64,000 nt of DNA from the NCBI GenBank assembly GCA_937892095.1, contig CALAVC010000224.1, positions 49,893 to 113,892 on the forward strand, given 5' to 3'. How positions within the stretch are numbered: position 1 is the stretch's first letter; every line of letters begins with the position of its first letter. This document shows positions 24,729 to 34,390 of the stretch, piece after piece. The notes beneath the pieces are model-generated. The model was given only the letters and a program-made list of their open reading frames with translations, searched no databases and was not told the origin of the DNA. The position numbers were made by a program, and so were the translations under genes. The DNA comes from an uncultured Bacteroidales bacterium. GTDB taxonomy: Bacteria; Bacteroidota; Bacteroidia; Bacteroidales; Marinilabiliaceae.

Positions 24729-25382
24729 ATGTTAGATAAGAAACATCTACAAAATTTTGGTCTGCAGTTCATCACGCATTCACCCGTTGCAAGAGAGTGT
24801 GTCGAACAGGCAGAAGCCGTACTTCGGGGTGGTTGCCTTTGGGTGCAATTGCGCATGAAAGATGCCGACGCCGACACTCTTATCGACACTGCCAAGCGTA
24901 TTGCACCTATGTGTAAAGATGCTGGAGCAACATTTATTGTCGATGACAACATAGACGCGTGTCTTGCAGCAAATGCCGATGGTGTCCATTTGGGCAAAAA
25001 TGACACTCACCCAAGTGTGGCACGTCAGATGCTCGGAGCCAATAAGATAATTGGTGGCACATGCAATACGGCAGAAGATGTCATCAGCATTGCACCTTAT
25101 GTCGACTACGTTGGCTGCGGACCATTTAAGTTTACAACCACCAAGAAAAACCTTTCGCCAGTACTTGGTCTCGATGGCTATCGCAATCTGACGTGGCAAG
25201 TGCGTAGCAATGGCGTAAACGTTCCAATAGTTGCCATAGGTGGCATAACAGTTGCCGATATTGACGACATTCTCAGTTGCGGACCCAATGGCATAGCTCT
25301 CAGTGGCGAGATAATACGCTCTGCCGACATGACGCAAAAGACAGCAGAAATAATAGACAAGATTAACCGACACAACAAATGA
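24729..25382 (+). CDS. thiE: thiamine-phosphate synthase
   Basis: 217 aa. [25 protein letters not shown] and VAIGGIT motifs of the TMP-TENI fold. Confidence 0.85.
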   Translation: MLDKKHLQNFGLQFITHSPVARECVEQAEAVLRGGCLWVQLRMKDADADTLIDTAKRIAPMCKDAGATFIVDDNIDACLAANADGVHLGKNDTHPSVARQMLGANKIIGGTCNTAEDVISIAPYVDYVGCGPFKFTTTKKNLSPVLGLDGYRNLTWQVRSNGVNVPIVAIGGITVADIDDILSCGPNGIALSGEIIRSADMTQKTAEIIDKINRHNK

Positions 25383-26155
25383 GTACAGACATACTTACCA
25401 TAGCCGGCAAGCAATTTAGCAGTCGCCTATTTCTTGGCACCGGCAAGTTTAGTAGCAACGACCTAATGAGTAAAGCCATCGTAGCTTCGCAAAGCCAGAT
25501 GGTTACCGTGGCCATGAAGCGTATCGACATGTCCAACCCACAAGACGACATGTTGCGCCACATCACCTCAGTCGGAGAACTACAATTGTTGCCCAATACG
25601 AGCGGAGTACGCACCGCCGAAGAAGCCATCTTTGCAGCCAAGCTTTCGCGTGAAGCCTTTGGCACCAATTGGCTCAAACTCGAGATTCATCCCGACCCTC
25701 GCCACTTGCTCCCCGACCCCATCGAAACTCTTCGTGCAACCGAAGAACTCGTCAAGCTTGGCTTCGTTGTGCTACCCTATTGTCAGGCCGACCCAGTCCT
25801 CTGTCGTAGACTCGAAGAAGCTGGTGCAGCCACCGTTATGCCCTTGGCAGCTCCAATTGGCACCAACAAGGGCCTGCGCACTGCCGACTTCTTAAGCCTC
25901 ATCATAGAGCAATCGTCGGTGCCAATAGTTGTCGATGCTGGTATAGGCGCACCAAGTCATGCCGCAGCAGCCATGGAAATGGGTGCCGATGCCGTACTTG
26001 TCAACACCGCCATTGCTGTTGCTGCCGACCCTCAGAGCATGGCCGATGCTTTCCGCATGGCAGTCATAGCTGGGCGTCAGGCCTACCTTTCGGGGCTTGG
26101 GGCAGTAAGCGATGTCGCCGAAGCCAGTAGCCCACTAACCTCTTTCCTCGCCTAA
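25379..26155 (+). CDS. thiG: thiazole synthase
   Basis: 258 aa. [42 protein letters not shown] and AVLVNTAIA. It overlaps thiE by 4 nt. Confidence 0.93.
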   Translation: MSTDILTIAGKQFSSRLFLGTGKFSSNDLMSKAIVASQSQMVTVAMKRIDMSNPQDDMLRHITSVGELQLLPNTSGVRTAEEAIFAAKLSREAFGTNWLKLEIHPDPRHLLPDPIETLRATEELVKLGFVVLPYCQADPVLCRRLEEAGAATVMPLAAPIGTNKGLRTADFLSLIIEQSSVPIVVDAGIGAPSHAAAAMEMGADAVLVNTAIAVAADPQSMADAFRMAVIAGRQAYLSGLGAVSDVAEASSPLTSFLA

Positions 26156-26159
26156 AACT

Positions 26160-26870
26160 ATGGCCTTCGACATACACAATCTGCTCGAAAAGACCGACAG
26201 TTGGATGGCTCGTCATTGGCGTGCTTGCTTGCTGACTATGTTAGGCATAGTGGCCATGCAACAGTGTACCATTAGCAGCCTACAATATCGGCTCGAACGC
26301 TACTCTGCCGTGGTCGGTCAGCCTGTTGCACACGAAGACTCTGTCGCTAACAGTATAGTGTCAGTCCCTGCCGACAATGTCTCGGACTCCGTAGACGTCT
26401 CGACCATCGACACAACCTCAGCCGATGAGTCTTTAGGAAAGCATAGCAACTTGCCTTTCTTTGCCTTTCTGCTTGTCGTGGGCATAGCTGTCTACGTTGT
26501 GTGGTATAGTCGGCGCAATGCACTCTACCCCATAGGACTATGGGTCGGTGGGCGTCTTCGTCAAGCGCCCGATGGCACCATATTTTTCAGTATGAAAGTT
26601 AAAAATCGCTCGACGAAAGAAGTTGAGGTCAACGAACCCATCATCAATTTCAAGAGCCGAAGCAACCTCCGTAAGTTCAGAGCTGCTGTGCCCTCAATAC
26701 CCATTGTCATGCAAGCTGGTACAACATTTGAAACACAAATAAGTCTCAACGGACTCATTGAGCGCAATCCTGAACTTATGCAAGCCTATGCCGTCAGTCT
26801 GACCATATCGACCAATGGCAGACGGCACTCTACGCCGCCAAGCTTCATTCGCTTTAAAGAAAAAGCATAA
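26160..26870 (+). CDS. hypothetical two-TM membrane protein
   Basis: 236-aa ORF starting 4 nt after thiG. TM segments CLLTMLGIVAM and LPFFAFLLVVGIAVYVVWY. No family was recognised. Confidence 0.6.
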   Translation: MAFDIHNLLEKTDSWMARHWRACLLTMLGIVAMQQCTISSLQYRLERYSAVVGQPVAHEDSVANSIVSVPADNVSDSVDVSTIDTTSADESLGKHSNLPFFAFLLVVGIAVYVVWYSRRNALYPIGLWVGGRLRQAPDGTIFFSMKVKNRSTKEVEVNEPIINFKSRSNLRKFRAAVPSIPIVMQAGTTFETQISLNGLIERNPELMQAYAVSLTISTNGRRHSTPPSFIRFKEKA

Positions 26871-26892
26871 GAGCTGTCCTTACACTAAAAAT

Positions 26893-26933
26893 ATAGCGGA
26901 AGTACTCCTATTGAGTGCTTCCGCTATGTTTTT
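26893..26933 (+). terminator. intrinsic terminator after the thiSEG/hypothetical operon
   Basis: Perfect 10-bp stem atagcggaag / cttccgctat followed by gttttt. Confidence 0.75.
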
Positions 26934-27283
26934 GGCACGTATATTGCCAAATAAAAAAGCGAGCGGCGTTTCACAACGTCTCTCGCTCCGTGAAATTAAT
27001 CACCAAACACACTTATCAACTAATCAACGAAAAAACTATTCCATTGTTTTCTGTATCCTAATACGCCACAAACATTCATAAGGTTACAGTGAGAAATAAA
27101 CTTTTTTCATAAATATGTTTTCTGTCTCTTTGAGTACAAGTTTATCTTGTCTGTTAAATGATAGTATATCAGCAGTTTACCGTTGGTCGACCAAGTCTAT
27201 GTAAGATAGTCTCGTAATGACGCTAAAAATGCGTCTGCATAACTATTTCGACGCTAAAAAGATTTTTCTAACGTAGAATGTGG

Positions 27284-27291
27284 TAAATTTG
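27284..27291 (+). promoter_or_regulatory. candidate -7 promoter box (TAAATTTG) for fabH
   Basis: Exact TAnnTTTG match, 62 nt upstream of the fabH ATG. Confidence 0.35.
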
Positions 27292-27352
27292 TCCCCCGAT
27301 TGTGTAAAAGAAAAAACATATCACCATTTTCATATAAAACCCTTAGCAAATA

Positions 27353-28339
27353 ATGTCACAGACCAATGCAGTCATCACGGGTATAGGTGCCTACACACCA
27401 GAGTACAGACTCACCAACGATGAACTCAGTCGTATGGTAGACACCAACGATGAGTGGATAATGACCCGCGTAGGCATCAAAGAACGCCGCATTCAAAAAG
27501 ATGAAAAAGCAGCCTCCGACATGGGCGTAGAAGCCGTGCGCGACTTGGTTCGCAAGACAGGTCTAAACCTCGACGAGGTCGACTTGCTCGTTTGCACCAC
27601 CGTAACTGGCGACGCACCCGTACCTTCCACGGCTGCCATAATCTGTGGCAAGCTCGACATGCACAAAGCTTTGGCTTTCGACATCAATGGTGCTTGCTCT
27701 GGTTTTCTCTATGGGCTCGACCTCGTTAGCCAATACATCAAAGCTGGCTCGAAAAAGAAAATCATTCTTGTCAGCACCGAAAAAATGTCGTCCATAGTAG
27801 ACTATACCGATCGCACCACGTGCGTACTCTTTGGCGATGCTGCCACAGCCGTACTCGTTGAGCCTACATCTGAAAATGTAGGTGTGATGGATGCCGACCT
27901 ACATGCCGACGGCTTCGGGCGCGAATGGCTCAAAGTGCCCGCAGGAGGTTCGGCTATGCCAGCCAGCCACGAGACGGTCGAAGGCCATAAGCATTTTATA
28001 TATCAAGAAGGTAAGCAAGTCTTCCGCTACGCCGTCACCTACATGGCCGATGCTACCGTAGAAGTCATGAAACGCAACAACCTTACAGCTGCCGATGTTG
28101 CTTGGCTCGTACCCCACCAAGCCAACTTGCGCATAATATCTGCCACAGCAGAGCGCATGGAGCTACCAGCCGACAAGGTCATGATAAACATAGAACGCTA
28201 CGGCAATACCACTTCTGCCACCATACCTCTCTGTCTCTACGAGTGGGAAAAACAACTCAAAAAAGGCGACAACCTAATATTGGCAGCCTTTGGTGCAGGG
28301 TTTACGTGGGGCACCATGTATATCAAGTGGGGATATTAA
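27353..28339 (+). CDS. fabH: 3-oxoacyl-ACP synthase III
   Basis: 328 aa. ITGIGAYTPE, active-site NGACSGF, HQAN and GNTTSATIP motifs. Confidence 0.93.
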   Translation: MSQTNAVITGIGAYTPEYRLTNDELSRMVDTNDEWIMTRVGIKERRIQKDEKAASDMGVEAVRDLVRKTGLNLDEVDLLVCTTVTGDAPVPSTAAIICGKLDMHKALAFDINGACSGFLYGLDLVSQYIKAGSKKKIILVSTEKMSSIVDYTDRTTCVLFGDAATAVLVEPTSENVGVMDADLHADGFGREWLKVPAGGSAMPASHETVEGHKHFIYQEGKQVFRYAVTYMADATVEVMKRNNLTAADVAWLVPHQANLRIISATAERMELPADKVMINIERYGNTTSATIPLCLYEWEKQLKKGDNLILAAFGAGFTWGTMYIKWGY

Positions 28340-28348
28340 GAAGCATAG

Positions 28349-29353
28349 GTGAAAATAGGTAATCTCGATCTCGGCACTCAGCCCGTCTTCCTTGCTCCCA
28401 TGGAAGATGTGACGGATATGCCTTTCCGTAAGCTCTGTCATGCCTACGGAGCCGATATGATGTATACCGAGTTCGTAAGTGCCGATGCGGTGGTGCGCGA
28501 CATTAGTAGCACCATGCGCAAGATAGACATCGACCCCACAGAACGTCCTGTGGGAGTACAGATATATGGGCGCGAAATAGAGCCCATGGTCCGTGCCGCA
28601 CAAATTGTCGAAGAAAGCAACCCCGACGTTATAGACATAAACTTTGGCTGTCCGGTAAAGAAAATAGCAGGCAAAGGTGCTGGTGCAGGCATGTTGCGCG
28701 ACATTCCCAAACTCGTCGAGATGACCCGACAAATTGTCAGGGCTGTACGTCATACTCCCGTAACTGTCAAGACGCGCCTCGGTTGGGACGAGAATAGTAA
28801 AACAATTGTCGACACAGCCGAAAGACTGCAAGACGTCGGCATAAGTGCACTGACCATACACGGACGCACTCGCTCACAAATGTATACTGGTCAGGCCGAT
28901 TGGACACTCATTGGAGCCGTAAAAAACAACCCTCGAATGACTATTCCCATAATAGGCAATGGAGACATTACGTCGGACGAAGTGGCGCAACAAAAATTTG
29001 ACACTTACGGAGTCGATGCCATAATGATAGGGCGTGCCGCCATTGGGCATCCATGGATATTCGAGAGCGTCAAGCACTATTTGCGAACGGGCGAGAAACT
29101 TGCCCCGACGAGCGTCAGTGTTCACTGTCAGAGACTTAGCGAGCAGCTACGTCTGACACACGAATGGATAGGCGATGAAAGACGTGCCATATTACATTTT
29201 CGCCGACATTTGGCAGTATCTTTTAAAGGCTTACCAGACTTTCGACAAACAAAAATACGTCTGCTTCGTTCGGAGAAGATTGACGAAATAAACGTCATGC
29301 TAAGCGAAATAGCTACTCGCTACGCCGAAAACATAGAGGAGGCGCATGCATGA
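28349..29353 (+). CDS. dus: tRNA-dihydrouridine synthase
   Basis: GTG start. VFLAPMEDVTDMPFRKLC, DINFGCP, TVKTRLGWD, LTIHGRT and IGNGDI motifs. Length is 334 aa. Confidence 0.9.
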   Translation: MKIGNLDLGTQPVFLAPMEDVTDMPFRKLCHAYGADMMYTEFVSADAVVRDISSTMRKIDIDPTERPVGVQIYGREIEPMVRAAQIVEESNPDVIDINFGCPVKKIAGKGAGAGMLRDIPKLVEMTRQIVRAVRHTPVTVKTRLGWDENSKTIVDTAERLQDVGISALTIHGRTRSQMYTGQADWTLIGAVKNNPRMTIPIIGNGDITSDEVAQQKFDTYGVDAIMIGRAAIGHPWIFESVKHYLRTGEKLAPTSVSVHCQRLSEQLRLTHEWIGDERRAILHFRRHLAVSFKGLPDFRQTKIRLLRSEKIDEINVMLSEIATRYAENIEEAHA

Positions 29354-30462
29354 TACAGATGCAAAATTTGCCAGCCGTCCATGGTCGGCTCGAGCCTCAG
29401 CTATCCGAAGCCATAAGTCGTGTAGTCTCATCGGGTGTATACATTCGAGGGAACGAGGTGCGTAGCCTCGAAGATGAACTTGCTCGCTACATTGGTGTAA
29501 AATATGCTCGCACTTGTGGCAACGGCACCGATGCTCTTACCATAGCACTCATGGCTCTTCGTCTCCAACCAGGCGACGAAGTCATTACAACCACTTTTTC
29601 TTTCATTGCTGCTGCCGAAGCCTGTGCGCTCCTTGGACTTGTACCAGTCTTCGCAGATATAGACCCTAAGACTTTCAATATTTCGCCGTCTGAGATAGAA
29701 AGGCTTATCTCGTCTCGTACGCGTGCTATAATACCAGTTCACCTCTTTGGGTGTCCTGCCGACATGGAATCAGTCATGCGCATTGCTCGTCGTCATAAAC
29801 TCTACGTGATAGAAGACTTTGCACAAGCATTTGGAAGCGAGACGACCTACGAAGGCAAACGCTATCGGGTCGGAGCAATAGGAACAATCGGTTGCACATC
29901 TTTTTACCCCACAAAAAATCTCGGTTGTATGGGCGACGGCGGAGCCGTCTTTACGCAGGACGAAGAGTTGTCGCGTCGCATTAACATGATAAGCACTCAC
30001 GGAGCCGAAAAGAAATATCAGAGTACCGAAATAGGTCTTAACAGTCGTCTCGACGAGATTCAGGCTGCCATTCTTCGCATAAAGTTGCGCCACATAGACC
30101 AATATGTTGCTCGTCGACGAGGTGTAGCTCTGAAATATCGTGCCGCACTTGCAGCCAACGACTTTGTAGTATGCCCTCAAATGACCGACGGACATACGTT
30201 TAATCAGTTCACAATTCGTGTCAACTATGGCTGTCGAGACAACTTGCGAGCCTATCTTACTGCACGTCAGATTGCCACAATGATATACATTCCGCCCATA
30301 CATCGGCAAAAAGTATTCGAGGCGTATAACAATATTAGCTTGCCTGTGGCCGACACCGCCATTGGCGAAGTCTTGTCGCTACCAATGCATACCGAGCTGA
30401 CCGATGACGAGATAAACGAAGTCTGCACACGAATAAACGAATGGCAGATAGGCATGAAATAA
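29350..30462 (+). CDS. DegT/DnrJ/EryC1-family PLP aminotransferase, WbpE-like (UDP-2-acetamido-2-deoxy-3-oxo-glucuronate aminotransferase type)
   Basis: GNEVRSLEDELARYIGVKYARTCGNGTDALTIALMAL and FYPTKNLG (Lys for PLP). It closely resembles the WbpE N-terminus as remembered. It overlaps dus by 4 nt. Confidence 0.8.
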   Translation: MIQMQNLPAVHGRLEPQLSEAISRVVSSGVYIRGNEVRSLEDELARYIGVKYARTCGNGTDALTIALMALRLQPGDEVITTTFSFIAAAEACALLGLVPVFADIDPKTFNISPSEIERLISSRTRAIIPVHLFGCPADMESVMRIARRHKLYVIEDFAQAFGSETTYEGKRYRVGAIGTIGCTSFYPTKNLGCMGDGGAVFTQDEELSRRINMISTHGAEKKYQSTEIGLNSRLDEIQAAILRIKLRHIDQYVARRRGVALKYRAALAANDFVVCPQMTDGHTFNQFTIRVNYGCRDNLRAYLTARQIATMIYIPPIHRQKVFEAYNNISLPVADTAIGEVLSLPMHTELTDDEINEVCTRINEWQIGMK

Positions 30463-31034
30463 AGGAATACACGTCTGACCCGACAGCAGTGATCGACGAA
30501 GGATGCCAAGTCGGCAGGGGCACGCGTGTGTGGCACTTTACTCACCTCGTCAGTGGTTGCCGTGTGGGCAACGATTGTAGCATTGGGCAAAACGTTGTCA
30601 TAATGGGCAAGGTCGTCGTTGGCAATGGCGTCAGGATACAAAATAACGTATCGCTCTACGATGGTGTCATTGTCGAAGACGATGTCTTCATCGGACCTTC
30701 GGCGGTTTTTACCAATGTGTTCAACCCTCGTGCTTTTGTCAGTCGGAAACACGAATATCGTCCGACAATAATACGTCAAGGTGCATCGATAGGTGCCAAT
30801 GCTACCATAGTCTGCGGACATGAGGTCGGTCGATATGCTCTCATAGGAGCTGGGTGCGTCGTCACGCACGACGTGCCACCCTTTGCCCTTATCATGGGCA
30901 ATCCTGCGCGTCAGACAGGTTGGGTTAGTCGCATGGGTCATAAGTTGGTCTTTGACGAAAGCGGACGAGCCACTTGCCCTCAGACAGGCGAAGAATACAT
31001 ACTTACGGATAACGGAGTGAACATAAAACAATGA
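30441..31034 (+). CDS. left-handed beta-helix N-acetyltransferase, WbpD-like
   Basis: VIDEGCQVGRGTRVWHFTHL...IQNNVSLYDGV...GPSAVFTNVFNPRA...GANATIVCG...GNPARQTGWVS. The hexapeptide repeats and overall pattern match WbpD as remembered. Confidence 0.8.
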   Translation: MADRHEIKEYTSDPTAVIDEGCQVGRGTRVWHFTHLVSGCRVGNDCSIGQNVVIMGKVVVGNGVRIQNNVSLYDGVIVEDDVFIGPSAVFTNVFNPRAFVSRKHEYRPTIIRQGASIGANATIVCGHEVGRYALIGAGCVVTHDVPPFALIMGNPARQTGWVSRMGHKLVFDESGRATCPQTGEEYILTDNGVNIKQ

Positions 31035-32062
31035 AAGACGGGAAAATAGCATTTGGCATTGTGGGAGTTGGCTACATAGGACATAGGCACATAGCCATGA
31101 TAGATGCCGACGCCGAGACAACGTGTGTGGCCGTGGCAGACATCTTGCCACGTGAAAATATCGACATTCGACCCGAACTGCCTCTATATTCAGACCTAAC
31201 GACAATGCTTGCTGCTCACCCCGAGATAGATGTCGTTAGCATTTGTACTCCCAATGGTTTGCATGCGGCCATGTGCATAGAAGCCCTCCAAGCACAAAAA
31301 AATGTGCTCGTAGAAAAGCCCTTAGCTCTGAGCGTTGCCGACGCCGTTCGTATTGGTCAGGCCGAGGCAAAGTCTAAGGGGCGAGTATTTTCGGTCTTTC
31401 AGAACCGCTATACACCCACGTCGGAATGGATAAAACAAGTTGTTACCGATGGGACACTTGGTACCATACGTCAGGTAAACGTCAACTGCATGTGGAATCG
31501 GGACGAAAGGTATTATAAGGGTGGATGGCATGGTACAGCCGACATGGATGGAGGAACGCTTTTTACGCAGTTCTCGCACTATATAGACATACTCTTGTGG
31601 CTCGTGGGTGACATAGACATCCTTAATGCTACTTTTGCCGACTATGCACACTCGGAAAGCACCGATTTTGAAGACACTGGTGCGGTCATTTTCAAGACTC
31701 GAAAAAGTGATGCCATCGGCACACTGACCTATACAACGGCCATTCCCGACCAAAATTTCGAATCGTCCATAATTCTTGTTGGTTCTCGTGGCACAGTCGA
31801 AGTGGGCGGGCAGTATATGAGCGACGTAAAGCAGTGCAACATAAGTGGTTACACTATGCCCACTCTTGCAGCTCCTAACCCACCCAACGACTATGGTGCC
31901 TACAAAGGTTCTGCAGCCAACCATTGCTATGTCATTCGCAATGTGGCAGACGTCCTACTTCGTGGTGCAAAGCCCACAGCCGACTATGCCGATGGGTTGC
32001 GAGTGGTGCAAACGATAGAGAACATCTATAAATTTCGGACAGGAGATTATTATAGGCACTAA
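31031..32062 (+). CDS. Gfo/Idh/MocA-family NAD-dependent oxidoreductase, WbpB-like
   Basis: Rossmann N-terminus IAFGIVGVGYIGHRH and the EKP motif (VLVEKPLA). Its context lies between WbpD-like and GT genes. Confidence 0.7.
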   Translation: MKDGKIAFGIVGVGYIGHRHIAMIDADAETTCVAVADILPRENIDIRPELPLYSDLTTMLAAHPEIDVVSICTPNGLHAAMCIEALQAQKNVLVEKPLALSVADAVRIGQAEAKSKGRVFSVFQNRYTPTSEWIKQVVTDGTLGTIRQVNVNCMWNRDERYYKGGWHGTADMDGGTLFTQFSHYIDILLWLVGDIDILNATFADYAHSESTDFEDTGAVIFKTRKSDAIGTLTYTTAIPDQNFESSIILVGSRGTVEVGGQYMSDVKQCNISGYTMPTLAAPNPPNDYGAYKGSAANHCYVIRNVADVLLRGAKPTADYADGLRVVQTIENIYKFRTGDYYRH

Positions 32063-33171
32063 TGACCAAGCGACAAGCACTTATATGCACGCAGTCTGAC
32101 CTAACGACCGACTACCGTGTGCATAAGATGGCTCAGACGTTGCGAAGTGTGGGCTATGAAGTATCTTTTCTTAGTCGAAGTCATCCCGATAGAGCCAAAA
32201 ACACTTGCACCGACACTCACATTATGCGGCTTCTGACGTGGCGCGGACCGCTATTCTATGCCGAGTTTAATATTCGTATATTTTTATACCTGTTATTTCA
32301 TAGGCGTTACGACCTAATTGTCGCCATTGACCTCGACACGATTGCAGGTTGCGCCATGGGCAAAAAGTTGCGCGGTGGCAAGCTCTTTTTCGACAGTCAC
32401 GAATATTTCCCCGGCTTACCCGAACTCGTTGGTAGACCATTGATTAGCAAGGTATGGACAAAGATTCAAGACATTTTTGTTCATTCTGCCGACGTTTGTG
32501 CCACTGTATGCCAAGGTATTGCCGACATTTTTAAGCAAAAATACGACGTCGATTTCCTTGTTGTTCGCAACGCTCCTCTTGCCGACCGAGAGGTCGACAC
32601 GCCTCTTGCCAATGTTGAAGCAAATCGTCCTTTTACGCTACTCTATCAGGGGGCTGTAAACATAGGTCGTGGCGTTGAAGAAACCATACGAGCCATGAAG
32701 CAACTGCCCGATTGCCGATTGCTCATTGTTGGCTCTGGCGACATTGTCAGCCAATGCAAGCAACTTAGCGAAGAGCTGCGCGTAACCGACCGCGTAATCT
32801 TTTGTGGGCGTCGCCCCTTTGCCGAACTCGCAAAGTATATGTCTCAGGCCGATTTAGGGCTTGTCTTGTCGGCCGACACGTGCATTAATCAGCACTTTGT
32901 CTTGCCAAACAGAATTTTCGACTTTGTGCATGCCACACTGCCCATCCTTGCCAACCGATTGCCCGAGATGAGTCGTATTGTCGAGGGAGAAAATGTCGGT
33001 CTTTGCATCGACAGCATTAGTCCCGACGAAATAGTGTCTGCCGTCGGGCAAATTCGCTCCGACATCAGTCGAATAGGTGTCTGGAAGCAAAATATGCTAC
33101 GTCTGCGCAATGTCCTGACTTGGGAAAACGAGACTGCGCAACTGATCGAAAGAATTAAAGCCTTGCAGTAG
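32062..33171 (+). CDS. glycosyltransferase family 4 (GT-B)
   Basis: 369 aa. The C-terminal half has LLIVGSGD...FVLPNRIFDFVHATLPILANRLPEM, resembling the GT1/GT4 nucleotide-sugar binding region. Confidence 0.7.
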   Translation: MTKRQALICTQSDLTTDYRVHKMAQTLRSVGYEVSFLSRSHPDRAKNTCTDTHIMRLLTWRGPLFYAEFNIRIFLYLLFHRRYDLIVAIDLDTIAGCAMGKKLRGGKLFFDSHEYFPGLPELVGRPLISKVWTKIQDIFVHSADVCATVCQGIADIFKQKYDVDFLVVRNAPLADREVDTPLANVEANRPFTLLYQGAVNIGRGVEETIRAMKQLPDCRLLIVGSGDIVSQCKQLSEELRVTDRVIFCGRRPFAELAKYMSQADLGLVLSADTCINQHFVLPNRIFDFVHATLPILANRLPEMSRIVEGENVGLCIDSISPDEIVSAVGQIRSDISRIGVWKQNMLRLRNVLTWENETAQLIERIKALQ

Positions 33172-34387
33172 CCACTTCGGGTGGGCAAATGCCTTTGACA
33201 TCGTATATGATGCCGTCACTGACGAGCAGGCTGCGAAAATCAATGTCCTTAAATTCTTTGTGAGCTACGGCCACAATTACGGCAGAATAGCAACCCCTAC
33301 CAACCTTGTCAAAGTTGGTTAATATGTCTATTCCGTAGGTCTTGTTGACTACATTGGGGTCGCAAACAGGGTCGTATATTTCAACGTTTTGGCTATGCTT
33401 GCTAAGCACTTTGTATATGTCGGCAACACGTGTATTGCGCACGTCGGGGCAGTTCTCTTTAAATGTAAAACCAAGTATCAGCATACGGGCGTTTGAGACC
33501 GTTAACCCACGCTTTTCCATAAGTTTCAAACTTTCCTCCGCAACGTAGATACCCATATTATCGTTCACTTGTCGTGCGCTGACTACGACATTGGGTACTA
33601 TGTCATATTCTCGTGCTTTCTCAATCAGGTAATATGGGTCGACACCTATGCAGTGTCCGCCGACAAGTCCTGGTCGCACATCTACAAAATTCCACTTGGT
33701 GCGTGCAGCAGCCAGCACGTCGGCTGTCGATATGCCCATAGCTGCAAACAGTTTAGCCACTTCGTTGATGAGCGCAATGTTTACGTCTCGTTGTGTGTTT
33801 TCAAGCAGTTTGGCAGCCTCTGCCACGCGAATAGACGGAGCAGTGTGTATGCCTGCATCTATTATGGTGCCGTATATTTCGGTCACGCGCTTTGCCACTT
33901 CGGGTGTCGAACCACTGACAACCTTGCAGATATTCTCGGTCTGGTGGACAACGTCCGATGGGTTGACGCGTTCGGGACTATAGCCTACAAAAAAGTCTTC
34001 GTTGAATCGCAGACCACTTGCAGCCTCTATTTGAGGGACGCACACGTCTTCGGTCATGCCTGGGTAGACTGTCGACTCGTAGACAACAATGTCGCCACGC
34101 CTTATGACACTACCCACAGCTTGCGATGCCGAAAGCAAGGGTTGCAAGTCGGGGCGGTTATGATTGTCGACAGGTGTCGGGACGGCTACAACGTAGAAAT
34201 TACACTCTTGTTTGCCGACCTCGTTAATATCATCGGTAAAAAATATGTTTTCGGTCCCTTCTAATTGTTCTATTCGTTTGTGGTCTGTGTCGTAGCCCAC
34301 AGTTGCAAAGTGCTTAGCAAAAAGTTTTATCAGCGGCAAGCCTACGTAGCCAAGCCCGACTACGCAAATTTTGTTCTGTTGTGTCAT
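33155..34387 (-). CDS. nucleotide-sugar 6-dehydrogenase (UDP-GlcNAc/ManNAc dehydrogenase, WbpA/TviB-like)
   Basis: KICVVGLGYVGLPL Rossmann motif and the catalytic-Cys region LVGGHCIGVDPYY. Length is 410 aa. Confidence 0.85.
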   Translation of the reverse strand: MTQQNKICVVGLGYVGLPLIKLFAKHFATVGYDTDHKRIEQLEGTENIFFTDDINEVGKQECNFYVVAVPTPVDNHNRPDLQPLLSASQAVGSVIRRGDIVVYESTVYPGMTEDVCVPQIEAASGLRFNEDFFVGYSPERVNPSDVVHQTENICKVVSGSTPEVAKRVTEIYGTIIDAGIHTAPSIRVAEAAKLLENTQRDVNIALINEVAKLFAAMGISTADVLAAARTKWNFVDVRPGLVGGHCIGVDPYYLIEKAREYDIVPNVVVSARQVNDNMGIYVAEESLKLMEKRGLTVSNARMLILGFTFKENCPDVRNTRVADIYKVLSKHSQNVEIYDPVCDPNVVNKTYGIDILTNFDKVGRGCYSAVIVAVAHKEFKDIDFRSLLVSDGIIYDVKGICPPEVATARL

Positions 34388-34390
34388 GTT

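Noticed and set aside
30267-31205. 312-aa minus-strand ORF across the aminotransferase/acetyltransferase/oxidoreductase junctions
   Set aside because: It is antisense to three well-supported Wbp-like genes. It spans their boundaries, and its sequence is low-complexity and Arg/Cys/Ser-rich, so it is a shadow ORF.
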